Positions 19,835 through 29,097 of a stretch of 64,000 bases of DNA are shown one piece after another. Under the pieces are notes generated by a model. That model saw nothing but the letters and a program-made list of their open reading frames with translations, was not told the DNA's origin and did no database searches. The DNA is from Hydrurus foetidus (Eukaryota): positions 310,001 to 374,000 of the forward strand of contig UYFQ01000005.1 in NCBI GenBank assembly GCA_900617105.1, in the 5' to 3' direction. The first letter of the stretch is position 1. Every line of letters starts with the position of its first letter. The position numbers and the translations under genes were made by a program.

Positions 19835-21138
19835 GCACAACAGACAAGGTGCTGAGCATCTCCCAGCTGGGCAAAGAGTACAAACTTTACGCCTCCCCCC
19901 GCGACCGGCTGCGCGCCTTGCTGACGGGCGTATCGCGCCACCACAGCCACTGGGCCTTGCAAGGCGTGTCGTTCGACCTGCTGCGCGGCCAATGCTTGGG
20001 TGTGGTGGGCGACAACGGTGCGGGCAAAAGCTCGCTCTTGAAACTGATTACCGGCACCATACAGCCCACGTGCGGCAGCGTCACGCGGCATGGGCGTATC
20101 ACCGCTATTTTGGAGTTGGGGGCAGGGTTTCACCCCGATTTCACGGGGCGGGAAAATCTCTATTTTTCAGGCAGCCTGATCGGCATTGATGCGCTCTTGA
20201 TGAAGCAGCTAGAGCCACAAATTGCTGAATTTTGCGAATTGGGCGACGCACTGGACAGGCCGGTGAAAACCTATTCTTCCGGCATGGTGGTGCGCTTGGC
20301 CTTTGCCGTGGTGACAGCGGTAGAGCCCGATGTGCTCATCATCGACGAGGCGCTGGCCGTGGGCGACCAGCATTTCCAACTGAAATGTGTCGCCCGTATT
20401 GAAGCTTTCCGCAAAAATGGCTGCACCATTTTGTTCTGCTCGCACAGCCTGTACCACATCAGGCATTTGTGCGACAGCGTGCTGTGGCTGGACGGCGGGC
20501 AGCTGCGCGCACTGGGGCGCACCGAAACCGTGTTGGCCGCCTACGAAACCCATGTGCGAGCCAAGCCATCCCCCACAACGCAGCCAGCCCTGCAAGCGGC
20601 CCCGGTAGCAGACGATGGCGAGGACGGTCGCGTACCCGTCGTACCGATGGCAGAGGCAGAGGCAAGCCCGTTGCCATCTGCTGTGGAACCGTCCCCACAG
20701 GCATCAGCAGCTGCAAGCCTGGTGTCCGCCACCATTGCCCACCTGAAGGCGAATGATGCCGTGGGTGAGCCTGCGCTGTTGATGTCGCCCGATTTGTGCG
20801 TCACCGTGGTGGCGCAATTGCCACCAGGGCAAACACCCAGCATGGGCGTGATGCTTGAGCAATGGCAAGGGGTAGGGATCACGTCTGTCGCATCCCATGC
20901 TGAAGGCATAGCGCCGCTGCAACGCAGCGATGGACTGTGGACACTCACCCTCACCTTTGCCCAATTGCCGCTGCATTCAGGCACCTATGTCGTGAGTGTT
21001 TACCTGTTTGATGAACGTGGCTTGGTGGTCTTTGACGAATGGAAAAACCACATCATTTTTCAGCACATCGCGCCCAATTTAACGCCGGGTTTGGTGCAAC
21101 TTCCCCACCACTGGCACAGTGAAAGTACGGTATTTTGA
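19831..21138 (+). CDS. wzt: Wzt-type polysaccharide ABC transporter ATPase with C-terminal domain
   Basis: GTG overlaps wzm stop; GDNGAGKSS, YSSGMVVRLAFA, IIDEALAVGD. Confidence 0.92.
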   Translation: MSTTDKVLSISQLGKEYKLYASPRDRLRALLTGVSRHHSHWALQGVSFDLLRGQCLGVVGDNGAGKSSLLKLITGTIQPTCGSVTRHGRITAILELGAGFHPDFTGRENLYFSGSLIGIDALLMKQLEPQIAEFCELGDALDRPVKTYSSGMVVRLAFAVVTAVEPDVLIIDEALAVGDQHFQLKCVARIEAFRKNGCTILFCSHSLYHIRHLCDSVLWLDGGQLRALGRTETVLAAYETHVRAKPSPTTQPALQAAPVADDGEDGRVPVVPMAEAEASPLPSAVEPSPQASAAASLVSATIAHLKANDAVGEPALLMSPDLCVTVVAQLPPGQTPSMGVMLEQWQGVGITSVASHAEGIAPLQRSDGLWTLTLTFAQLPLHSGTYVVSVYLFDERGLVVFDEWKNHIIFQHIAPNLTPGLVQLPHHWHSESTVF

Positions 21139-22061
21139 ACCCCGTATCTTGGTTTTCTCGCGGACGGGCTCGGCTGCGGCTGGAGTTGCGCGATTTGGCC
21201 GAATTGGTGCTGCTGCCCGGCATGGCCGCCGTGCTGCCGTGGCCACTTTGCTTTCGCATTTTTCGCAAGGTGGCCACATGGCCCTGGCTGTACCGTGCGC
21301 AATGCGATGCCAGTCTCTACCAGACGCAACAAATGGGGTTTGCGCCCGACGCCCAAGCCTGGAAGACAGAGCGCCGCTTAGTGACCTTGGTCGACCACGC
21401 TGATTTGTATTTGGCGCTAACGCGCTCACCCCGTTGGATGCAGCGGCACTTAACCGTCGCGGGCGTCTGGCCCGCACCCGATACGTCAGCACTGCTGTGT
21501 ACCTTCCATTGGGGTGCCGGAATGTGGGGATTGGTTCACGCAGCCCATCATGGATTAAGACCGCACGCCTTGGTGGCACCGGTTCATGGCTCAGCGTTTG
21601 CGGGACGTTTTGTGCTGCGCCACTATGCCATTCAACGCACCAACAGGGTGGGCAAAGTGCTCTTGCAAGACACGCTGGATGTGACAGAAAGCCTGCGCCC
21701 CGTCGTGCGTTGTTTGAATGCGCAAGGCCAAGTATTGGCAGCGGTGGATGTACCGGCAGACCAAGCCGCAGCATCGCAAACCATCACGTTGCTGGGCCGC
21801 CCCGCACGCCTGCCCAAAGCCTTGTTCCGCATAGCGGCCGAAAGAGGTACACCTGTTTTTGTCTACATCACAGGGTTTGACCTGCACACGGGACAGCGCA
21901 GCCTGACCGTCGAGCAGATTGAAAACACGGCATCGACAAACGCAGCAGGAGACCCTGCAGCCTTGATCCAAGCGGTGTTCACTTGCTTGGACAAGGTGAT
22001 TCGCAAAGAACCCAGTTTGTGGCACTTTTGGAGCGAAGCGCCTCGGTTCTTCAGCGACTGA
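21135..22061 (+). CDS. LpxL-like / lysophospholipid acyltransferase family protein
   Basis: CTFHWG, LAAVD, IRKEPSLWHFW pattern resembling late lipid A acyltransferases. Confidence 0.6.
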   Translation: MNPVSWFSRGRARLRLELRDLAELVLLPGMAAVLPWPLCFRIFRKVATWPWLYRAQCDASLYQTQQMGFAPDAQAWKTERRLVTLVDHADLYLALTRSPRWMQRHLTVAGVWPAPDTSALLCTFHWGAGMWGLVHAAHHGLRPHALVAPVHGSAFAGRFVLRHYAIQRTNRVGKVLLQDTLDVTESLRPVVRCLNAQGQVLAAVDVPADQAAASQTITLLGRPARLPKALFRIAAERGTPVFVYITGFDLHTGQRSLTVEQIENTASTNAAGDPAALIQAVFTCLDKVIRKEPSLWHFWSEAPRFFSD

Positions 22062-23157
22062 GTAACTTATCACCCAAAGGCTGAGGCAGGGGCAAGATAT
22101 ATGGCCTGCGCAGCCTGAGGAACGGTGCTTCAATCCACCGGTAGCTGGCATACCCCACAGGCCACATCAGGCCTAAAAATACCAGCGCCCAGACAGTAGC
22201 AAGATAAAAATTGGAAATATCCATGACATATTGCTGCACAAAATTTGCTGCTTCAAAAACAACAAAAAAATGCAGCAAATAAATGGAATACGAATAACCA
22301 CCTACACTTGCTAAAATTTTTGAAAATCCTTCACTTGAAAAATGAAATGAACTTTCATACCATGCAATAAATACCGCATAAACAGCCCCTTCTAGCAGGG
22401 GCAATACAATCCAAACCGCAGACAACGGAGAAGATTTTGGTATTTTATAAAAACCTCCCCAACTGTCAAATAAAGCGTAAAAAATAAAAAATAAAGTAAA
22501 AATTAACGCCATCAAAAAATGACGCTTATAAAAAAAACTTCGATAACTAAAAATAACAGACCCAAGGATAAATTGGTCAATACGACCAATAATCGTGCCA
22601 TAGGCCATATAAATAACCTCTCCAGTTCTTTGGTATACAAACCAACGAACTGCCAGTGCGATGAAAATCAACGTCAATGGAAGCCATTTTTTCATTCTCC
22701 CTAACCACAAAACAAAAGGGAAAATCAAATAATAATGAAACTCAGCTGTAATTGACCATCCTCCATTAGGCAAGGTTGGAAGCACAAGACCGTAAAGTAT
22801 GCTTTTGCCATACGCAGTTAAATCACCTGCAGTTGAAAATTCTTGTGCAGCACACAGCAGTACAACCAAGAACAACAATGGCAACAACCGCAAAATACGA
22901 TTAAAAATAAACGGAATAAAGTTTATTCTTCTGTCATTTATTAGTTTTGAAAACAAATACCCACTTAAGGTCATAAACAAGGCAACGCCTGTATGCCCTT
23001 CGTCCAATATGGCTAATGGAAAAACACTGGGAACACCGTCGAATGGCACAGGATATCCTGATTTTCCATGTATAAAATGCCAAACAACCACCAACACCGC
23101 AGCATATGCCCTGATGTGATCCAATGCAATGTAATGCTCTCCGGTCGTTGATTTCAT
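22051..23157 (-). CDS. OafA/acyltransferase-3 family O-acyltransferase
   Basis: LDHIRAYA, GVALFMTLSGY, RILRLLP, WSITAEFHYY, YSYSIYLLH; AT-rich. Confidence 0.9.
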   Translation of the reverse strand: MKSTTGEHYIALDHIRAYAAVLVVVWHFIHGKSGYPVPFDGVPSVFPLAILDEGHTGVALFMTLSGYLFSKLINDRRINFIPFIFNRILRLLPLLFLVVLLCAAQEFSTAGDLTAYGKSILYGLVLPTLPNGGWSITAEFHYYLIFPFVLWLGRMKKWLPLTLIFIALAVRWFVYQRTGEVIYMAYGTIIGRIDQFILGSVIFSYRSFFYKRHFLMALIFTLFFIFYALFDSWGGFYKIPKSSPLSAVWIVLPLLEGAVYAVFIAWYESSFHFSSEGFSKILASVGGYSYSIYLLHFFVVFEAANFVQQYVMDISNFYLATVWALVFLGLMWPVGYASYRWIEAPFLRLRRPYILPLPQPLGDKLLSR

Positions 23158-23186
23158 ATCAACAGAGACGATGAATTATGCAAGCC

Positions 23187-26100
23187 TTAAAGTGACAGCT
23201 CATCAATTTTGGCTTGAAGATTTATAGCTTTGAAAGCCCACTTCTGCACCAATGGCTCAGGCAATTCAATACAAATGCCTGCCTCCGCTGATCGAGGATT
23301 CAGTGGCTCTAAATAGTTAACCATATAGTCACCCATTGGTCGTTTCCACGCGGCATGACGGACATCATTCCAGGTGGGGTTGCCCATGAATACCGTTTCC
23401 CGCAAGTGCATAAAGAAATGGTTGAAATCCAAAGAAGTCATGCGCCAGTCCATCGTCCACGACCAAGGCCGATCGGCGACCCGCTCAGCCTGCGCACCAA
23501 TGTTGCTCACAACCACCGGCAGCCCCGCTGCCAACACCGCAGAAAGCGTGTAGCTGTACGTTTCAGGCCACAGAGCGGGAAACCACACCAGATCGGGCTT
23601 GTGCTCGGCTAAAAGCGCAGGCAAATCTGCATCATCGTATTTGCCACTCAAAGGAAAGGCTTCGTTGGCTTGGCCTGTGATGTGCCAATAGGCGTAGCCA
23701 ATCAAATGGAATGCCAAAGGTAAATTGCGGGTGCGGGCATCGCGGGCGCAGTCGTCGAGTACGTCAGCACCTTTGATCTCACTCAACCCACCAATCACAA
23801 CGACCTTGAGCGGCCTGGGGTGCAACATGGGATAGGCCCGTGGCTCGGGGTATTCCACCAACGGCTCAGGGTGAGGCAAGGTGATGACGGGGGCCAGCGG
23901 GAAATAGCGCGCGATGCGCTGCGAGGTGCTGGTGCTGGGCGTGATAACCCGCTCAGCTTGGTTCAGCACCACCGCGTGCTTCTCACGCCATGCTTCAATA
24001 CTGACACCCCCTGGTGCTGGGCGCTGACGTAAGCAGGCAGCACACTCCGCAGGGCCAAGCTCTTGACAATAGCTGTGATCGGGCTTTGTCAAGCTGATTT
24101 GGGGGCAAGCGCTGTAATAGTCATGCGCCGTATAGTCGTAAGGTACACCCAGGTCTTGGGGCAACGTCCATAACGGCTCAGGTATGCCAAGGGTGTGATG
24201 GAGGTGTACCCGTGACAACTTGAGCTGCCGAAGTACAGACAGCAGCAAGGCATAGTCGGTATCCACCGCAAACTCCAATGCCATGGCCTCGCCGGGTTGC
24301 ATCCACGTCAATAAAACACGGTCGTCTTTGGCGATGGGCTGAAGCAAAAGACAAGTACATTGCCCCGCCGTCAGGGCGGCCACATTTTCAATGTGTTTTT
24401 GAGTCCCTCCGTTGCGGTTGTGGGAGACCAACAAGAGCAACGGCCGGGTGCTGCTGCTTAATCGGCATAAATCAAGGGCTGTTCGGATGGGCTTGACGGG
24501 GTCAGCCGCTACAAATTCGGCGACATCGGTCGCGTAATTGGGGTGCAGCTGGCCCATGACTTCGATAGCGCGTTGCTGCCCCAATGCCTGACTTTCACCA
24601 AAGCTAACCCCGCCATGGTGAAAAACAAACACATCGGCAGCCAGTACATTGCGCCAACCATTTTTGAGGGCACGTTGGCAAAAATCATTCTCTTCACCAT
24701 ACCCTTTGCCAAAATTTTGCACATCAAACATGCCCAAAGCAACCAAGGCTGAGCGACGTATATAGAAACAAAAGCCCACACCTGTGGGTAAATCGACCAA
24801 GGTGTTGGCATTGGCATGCACGCACAGTTGGTTGAGTTGGGCTAAATCAGTCCCTACAGGTAATGGGTTAATTTCGCAAAATCGAGGGTAGCTGCAGATG
24901 GTGGCATTGTTGGAAAGCGGGGTCACCGTGGCAATGTCCGGCTCAGCGTAGGCGCAACTGACCAAGCGGTCTAGCCATGCCCCCGCGACCACCGTATCAC
25001 TGTTGAGCAGCAGCACATCGCGCTCAGGGTGCAGCGCCATGCCACGGTTGACTGTGGCAACAAACCCGAGGTTGACTTCGTTGCTGAGCAAAGTGATGCG
25101 CCCTTCTTGTGCCATTGACTTCAGCCAAGCGGCAAGTTCAGGATCGGGCGAGGCATCGTCGATGACGATCAACTCGAAAGCCGTGGCTTGCGCATGGGCC
25201 CAAACGCTTTCAAGACAAGCCCGCAAGGGCTCGAAACCACCGTAAACCGGGACAATAACATCAACAGGTGCCGATAAATCAGGCAGCACGCCAGCATGGA
25301 CACGGGTCAGGTAGTTGGGTGTGAAGGGCTTGCGTACCGGATCCGCTGGGGCTTGCACTTCCTCTACCACGTCCACTTGCTGGGGCACTGGGGATGGCTC
25401 TGGCGGCAAGGCCACCACAACCGGCAGGGGTCGAGGGGGATTGAGCATCAAGCTGATGCGCCTGAGCACCGACGCGACGCGCCATACCCGTGAGGTATAG
25501 ACTTCGCGCAACTCGTTTTCAGCACGACTGGTACGCTCTAAATGGCCCTTGGTGTTTGCCAACTCAGCCTCTCGCTCACCCAAGCGTTGATCAAGTTGCT
25601 CCATTTTTTCAGCTTGCACCTGGATTTGAAACGCTAACTGCTGACGCACAGTTTCAGCCTCTGACAATGCCAACACCTGTGCATCTGCCGCTTGAAGCAA
25701 GCTTTGGTTTTTTTGCTTCAAAAGGTCAATTTGCCAGACTTGATCGTCTGCTGCCAGGATTCTGGCCAACTGCAATTCAGGGTTTAAGAAGCGTTCGTGC
25801 AACGCCAAGTAGTCACCTGAAAGTGGTGCACTTTGTTCAACCTCGAAGCACCCGCCTGTTGACGCATGGACAAGAGCGAGTAGAGGGATATTTAACACCA
25901 ACTGGGGATCATCGCCCGTTGACATGAGGGTCAAACCATCTGTGCTGCCCGGTTGCGCAAAAAGAATCTGCTCTGGTCTTTGGCTGATGAACAAGTCACG
26001 CTGACCTGACCATGACCACACCACATCACCACGCGCATTGCGCAAGCGCATGGCAAACAAGCGCACGTAACCAGGCCGGTCCAAAGGATCCCACCGCAGC

Positions 26101-26978
26101 CCCGTCAGGACACGCTCATCGGTGGGGAAATCAAACCTTAGAAAGGTTCGCTCACTGCCCATCGGTGCCTTTTGCACGGCTGAAGATGACGCATTAAACG
26201 GTTCATCGCCATACCGCCAAAAGAGTTGCACCCGACAAGCCCAGTCATAGCGGCCAGCGTGGAATACCGCTGGTGCCGACGCAATACCGGGTTGCGCAGT
26301 CAGTAAAAACTGGTACACATTGGCATCGGGCAACTGACCCAAGTGCTGCCGCAGGGCATCGGGCAACAGCGAAATTTCGTCACGCTGAAACTCAGACTCC
26401 ACCCACGGACGCTCTACCGTAGCGATGCACGGCACCCCAAAACCACAGGATTCAAGCAGGCGCAGCACAGAACGGCGGGTAAAGAAACGCAGATGCGTTG
26501 TGTCCAAAAGCCCCTCTGGCCCATACCGAAAATCGCCGAGCATGACGTGTGCTAACAGGCCGGCATAGCCCACATTTGGCACAGAGATCAGCAGCCGTCC
26601 GTTCACGGCCAGCAATGCGTGCAACTGGTTCAGCAACCGGGCAGGATCGGCCAAATGCTCAATGACATCGGCACACACGATGACATCATACCGGGCACCA
26701 CCGAGAACGACAGCCATATCTACCGTATTGAGATCGGCCTGCCATAACTGGCGGTAATAGGGCTTGGCTTGTTCAATTTGAACCGAGTTAATTTCTATGC
26801 CATCCACAACGCACTGCTTTTGGGAGCCTAAATACCGACCCAATGCGCCGGTGCCCGGCCCCAAATCCAGTACCAAACTGCCGTCAGGAATGAGTTGAAT
26901 GATTTTGGAAAGAGAGTGCTCCGCATCCAAATCGATCTGCTGATCGTAAACATGAAGGGAAGGCGTGAAACTTGGCAT
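23187..26978 (-). CDS. Multidomain SAM methyltransferase / beta-rich domain / coiled coil / GT2 / GT4-like glycosyltransferase
   Basis: VLDLGPGTG, ADVIEHL, GLLDTTHLRFFT; coiled coil ending SRVWRV; DVIVPVY..LLNSD..GYGEENDF; WPETYSYTLS. Confidence 0.85.
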   Translation of the reverse strand: MPSFTPSLHVYDQQIDLDAEHSLSKIIQLIPDGSLVLDLGPGTGALGRYLGSQKQCVVDGIEINSVQIEQAKPYYRQLWQADLNTVDMAVVLGGARYDVIVCADVIEHLADPARLLNQLHALLAVNGRLLISVPNVGYAGLLAHVMLGDFRYGPEGLLDTTHLRFFTRRSVLRLLESCGFGVPCIATVERPWVESEFQRDEISLLPDALRQHLGQLPDANVYQFLLTAQPGIASAPAVFHAGRYDWACRVQLFWRYGDEPFNASSSAVQKAPMGSERTFLRFDFPTDERVLTGLRWDPLDRPGYVRLFAMRLRNARGDVVWSWSGQRDLFISQRPEQILFAQPGSTDGLTLMSTGDDPQLVLNIPLLALVHASTGGCFEVEQSAPLSGDYLALHERFLNPELQLARILAADDQVWQIDLLKQKNQSLLQAADAQVLALSEAETVRQQLAFQIQVQAEKMEQLDQRLGEREAELANTKGHLERTSRAENELREVYTSRVWRVASVLRRISLMLNPPRPLPVVVALPPEPSPVPQQVDVVEEVQAPADPVRKPFTPNYLTRVHAGVLPDLSAPVDVIVPVYGGFEPLRACLESVWAHAQATAFELIVIDDASPDPELAAWLKSMAQEGRITLLSNEVNLGFVATVNRGMALHPERDVLLLNSDTVVAGAWLDRLVSCAYAEPDIATVTPLSNNATICSYPRFCEINPLPVGTDLAQLNQLCVHANANTLVDLPTGVGFCFYIRRSALVALGMFDVQNFGKGYGEENDFCQRALKNGWRNVLAADVFVFHHGGVSFGESQALGQQRAIEVMGQLHPNYATDVAEFVAADPVKPIRTALDLCRLSSSTRPLLLLVSHNRNGGTQKHIENVAALTAGQCTCLLLQPIAKDDRVLLTWMQPGEAMALEFAVDTDYALLLSVLRQLKLSRVHLHHTLGIPEPLWTLPQDLGVPYDYTAHDYYSACPQISLTKPDHSYCQELGPAECAACLRQRPAPGGVSIEAWREKHAVVLNQAERVITPSTSTSQRIARYFPLAPVITLPHPEPLVEYPEPRAYPMLHPRPLKVVVIGGLSEIKGADVLDDCARDARTRNLPLAFHLIGYAYWHITGQANEAFPLSGKYDDADLPALLAEHKPDLVWFPALWPETYSYTLSAVLAAGLPVVVSNIGAQAERVADRPWSWTMDWRMTSLDFNHFFMHLRETVFMGNPTWNDVRHAAWKRPMGDYMVNYLEPLNPRSAEAGICIELPEPLVQKWAFKAINLQAKIDELSL

Positions 26979-27041
26979 GCGAAATGGACAATGAGGTATA
27001 GAGGGCAACAAGACAGTATGGGGCAGACCCCCTCAACACGG

Positions 27042-27791
27042 TTATTTTAGAGGCCCAGTTGCCCCTCTCCTCATATACAGCCAATAGCGCCAAAACGCAC
27101 CAGCCGTCCACAACCGCAGCAAACTGCTCACATGCCACGCCAAATACCGCCAGCGCAAATGGCTGTGCCGCTGCGCATCGTGCAGCACAGTCACCGCGCG
27201 GTTACGCTGCAGCGCCCAGCCCTGCAAACGGGTGCGGGCGCAAATGTCGAAGTCTTCGCAATACAGGTGGAACCGCTCGTCAAACCCGGCGATCTGTGCA
27301 AAGGTGCGGGTGCGAAACAACATGAACATGCCGGGAAACCACACCGGCTCAAGCGGCGGCGTGCCACGGCTGACGAACACTTCCCAGGGCGTGATGATGT
27401 TGCGCTCAGGCGTGGCTAACAGGCCTTGTGGGTCTTGTGGCTCTTGCACCAGCGGGGCGATCAAGCCGACAGCCTCGGGCACATCACACAGCAGCAGGCC
27501 CAAGGCATCGTTGGTCAAACCAATGTCCGGGTTCAGCACCAAAAACCAGGGGCTGGTGCAGCGCAGAAAGGCTTGGTTGTGGTTGCACCCAAAGCCCTGT
27601 GGGGTGGCGTTGGTGATGACCTCTAACGGGAAAGGGCAAGTCAGCGCCTCAAAATCCGTGGCTTCGGGGATGTTCACCGTCACCACCACTTTGGCAATCG
27701 TTGCCGCGCACAACGCGCCCAGTTGCCCCAACAAGCGCAGCACCCAGTCGCCCTGCCCGTGGCTGACGATAGAAACGGTGACTTGGCTCAT
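27042..27791 (-). CDS. GT2 glycosyltransferase (rhamnosyltransferase-like)
   Basis: VSIVSHG, GFGCNHNQA, LVLNPD, GFDERFHLYCEDFD. Confidence 0.85.
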   Translation of the reverse strand: MSQVTVSIVSHGQGDWVLRLLGQLGALCAATIAKVVVTVNIPEATDFEALTCPFPLEVITNATPQGFGCNHNQAFLRCTSPWFLVLNPDIGLTNDALGLLLCDVPEAVGLIAPLVQEPQDPQGLLATPERNIITPWEVFVSRGTPPLEPVWFPGMFMLFRTRTFAQIAGFDERFHLYCEDFDICARTRLQGWALQRNRAVTVLHDAQRHSHLRWRYLAWHVSSLLRLWTAGAFWRYWLYMRRGATGPLK

Positions 27792-27798
27792 GCTTGGT

Positions 27799-28653
27799 TC
27801 ATGGCACTGCGCGGCGCGGCACCCGTGTCCGTGCTTCCAGCACCCGCGCCGCCACCTCGGCAAAGCCCGCACCGCGCTCTGACGGCGTGATGTAGCGGGG
27901 TAAATGCGTCAACTGCGCCTCAAACCGCCGCACATTCGCCACGCCCACGCTGAGCGGGAAGGCTTCAAACATCAGCTGGTCGTTGGTAGAGTCCCCCACG
28001 TAGACCCAGCGGTGCAGCTCAGCGTCCAAGTCCCGACCCCAAAGCTGGCGCACGACCCACCGTGCCCCCACCAGCTTGTTATGGTCGCCAAACCAAGCGT
28101 TGATGTGGATGCTGCTGACGGTGGCGTTCATACCCTCGGACTGCAAGAGTTGGATGGCTTGGGCGATGCGCTCAGGCGGCAGTTGCGTGAATTCACTGTG
28201 ATCGATGGCGATGTCCGTCTCGCGGCCTGCGCTGTCAAGCGCCAGCTGTGTACCGGGCACCTCGCGCAGCACACGGGCGGCAATACGCTGCATGTGGGTG
28301 AAGTTATGGGCGCGGGTTGCAGCGTCTTGCACATACAATTTTGATAGCACGTCGCACTTATTTGACGTGCTGTAGTGGCCATTTAGACCTGCATTTATCA
28401 GCGCCACAGCCCCGTTTTCGGCAACGATGGCGTCCACTGGCCACGTGCAGGCAAAAGGCTCGCTCCAGCCCACCGGACGGCCCGTGATCGCCACCACCCG
28501 CAAGCCCGCAGCCTTCAAATCGATCAAAGCCTGCAAAGCATCCGGGGTGATCGCACCATCGGTGGTCAGGGTGTCGTCAATGTCGGTGAACACGCCCACC
28601 AGCGAGCGCAGTGGCGCGAGGGGCATGGTGGACAGGGGTAAAAGCGAAGTCAT
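27799..28653 (-). CDS. HAD-IIB family hydrolase
   Basis: TDIDDTLT, ITGR, ENGA and GDSTND motifs. Confidence 0.9.
   Translation of the reverse strand: MTSLLPLSTMPLAPLRSLVGVFTDIDDTLTTDGAITPDALQALIDLKAAGLRVVAITGRPVGWSEPFACTWPVDAIVAENGAVALINAGLNGHYSTSNKCDVLSKLYVQDAATRAHNFTHMQRIAARVLREVPGTQLALDSAGRETDIAIDHSEFTQLPPERIAQAIQLLQSEGMNATVSSIHINAWFGDHNKLVGARWVVRQLWGRDLDAELHRWVYVGDSTNDQLMFEAFPLSVGVANVRRFEAQLTHLPRYITPSERGAGFAEVAARVLEARTRVPRRAVP
28332..28392 (+). repeat. Palindromic ~60-bp repeat copy inside the HAD gene
   Basis: catac-aattttg-atagc acgtc gcac N11 gctg tagtggcc attt. Confidence 0.6.
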
Positions 28654-28662
28654 GGCGTGCCG

Positions 28663-29097
28663 TTATGCAGAGCGAAAAACAAGGTAGCGAGCGCTCAAGA
28701 AGTTGAACACCAAGCCCGCGCAACTGCCCAAAGCCACACCCACAAAGGCCACCCCAAGGAAAACCGAATCAGGCAGATGCACCCACTTGAGCGTCAGCAC
28801 GTAAACGGCATAGTTCACGCCACCGCCAAAAGTCATCGACAGCAGGTACTGACCATATTGCCGCAGCACCGACCAACGGGCAGGGGCTGGCGACGCGGAA
28901 AGACCGCCTGCGAGTTGCGTGAACGTGTAGCGCCGGTTCAGCCACCACGTCGCTGACGCAGCCACCCCAAAAGACAGCACCCGCGCCCCGTACCAGCCCA
29001 GCACCGGGGCTACGGCGTAGAGCACGGCGGTGTCCACCAGCAATCCGGCGACACCGACGGCGCAAAAACGCAGAAACTGAGAGCGCTTAGCCTGCAC
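28663..29097 (-). CDS. GtrA family membrane protein
   Basis: FLRFCAVG, WLNRRYTF, FNFLSARYLVF. Confidence 0.85.
   Translation of the reverse strand: MQAKRSQFLRFCAVGVAGLLVDTAVLYAVAPVLGWYGARVLSFGVAASATWWLNRRYTFTQLAGGLSASPAPARWSVLRQYGQYLLSMTFGGGVNYAVYVLTLKWVHLPDSVFLGVAFVGVALGSCAGLVFNFLSARYLVFRSA

Noticed and set aside
22530..22537. A8 tract in the acyltransferase as a phase-variation site
   Set aside because: Short runs are expected in AT-rich genes and the ORF is intact
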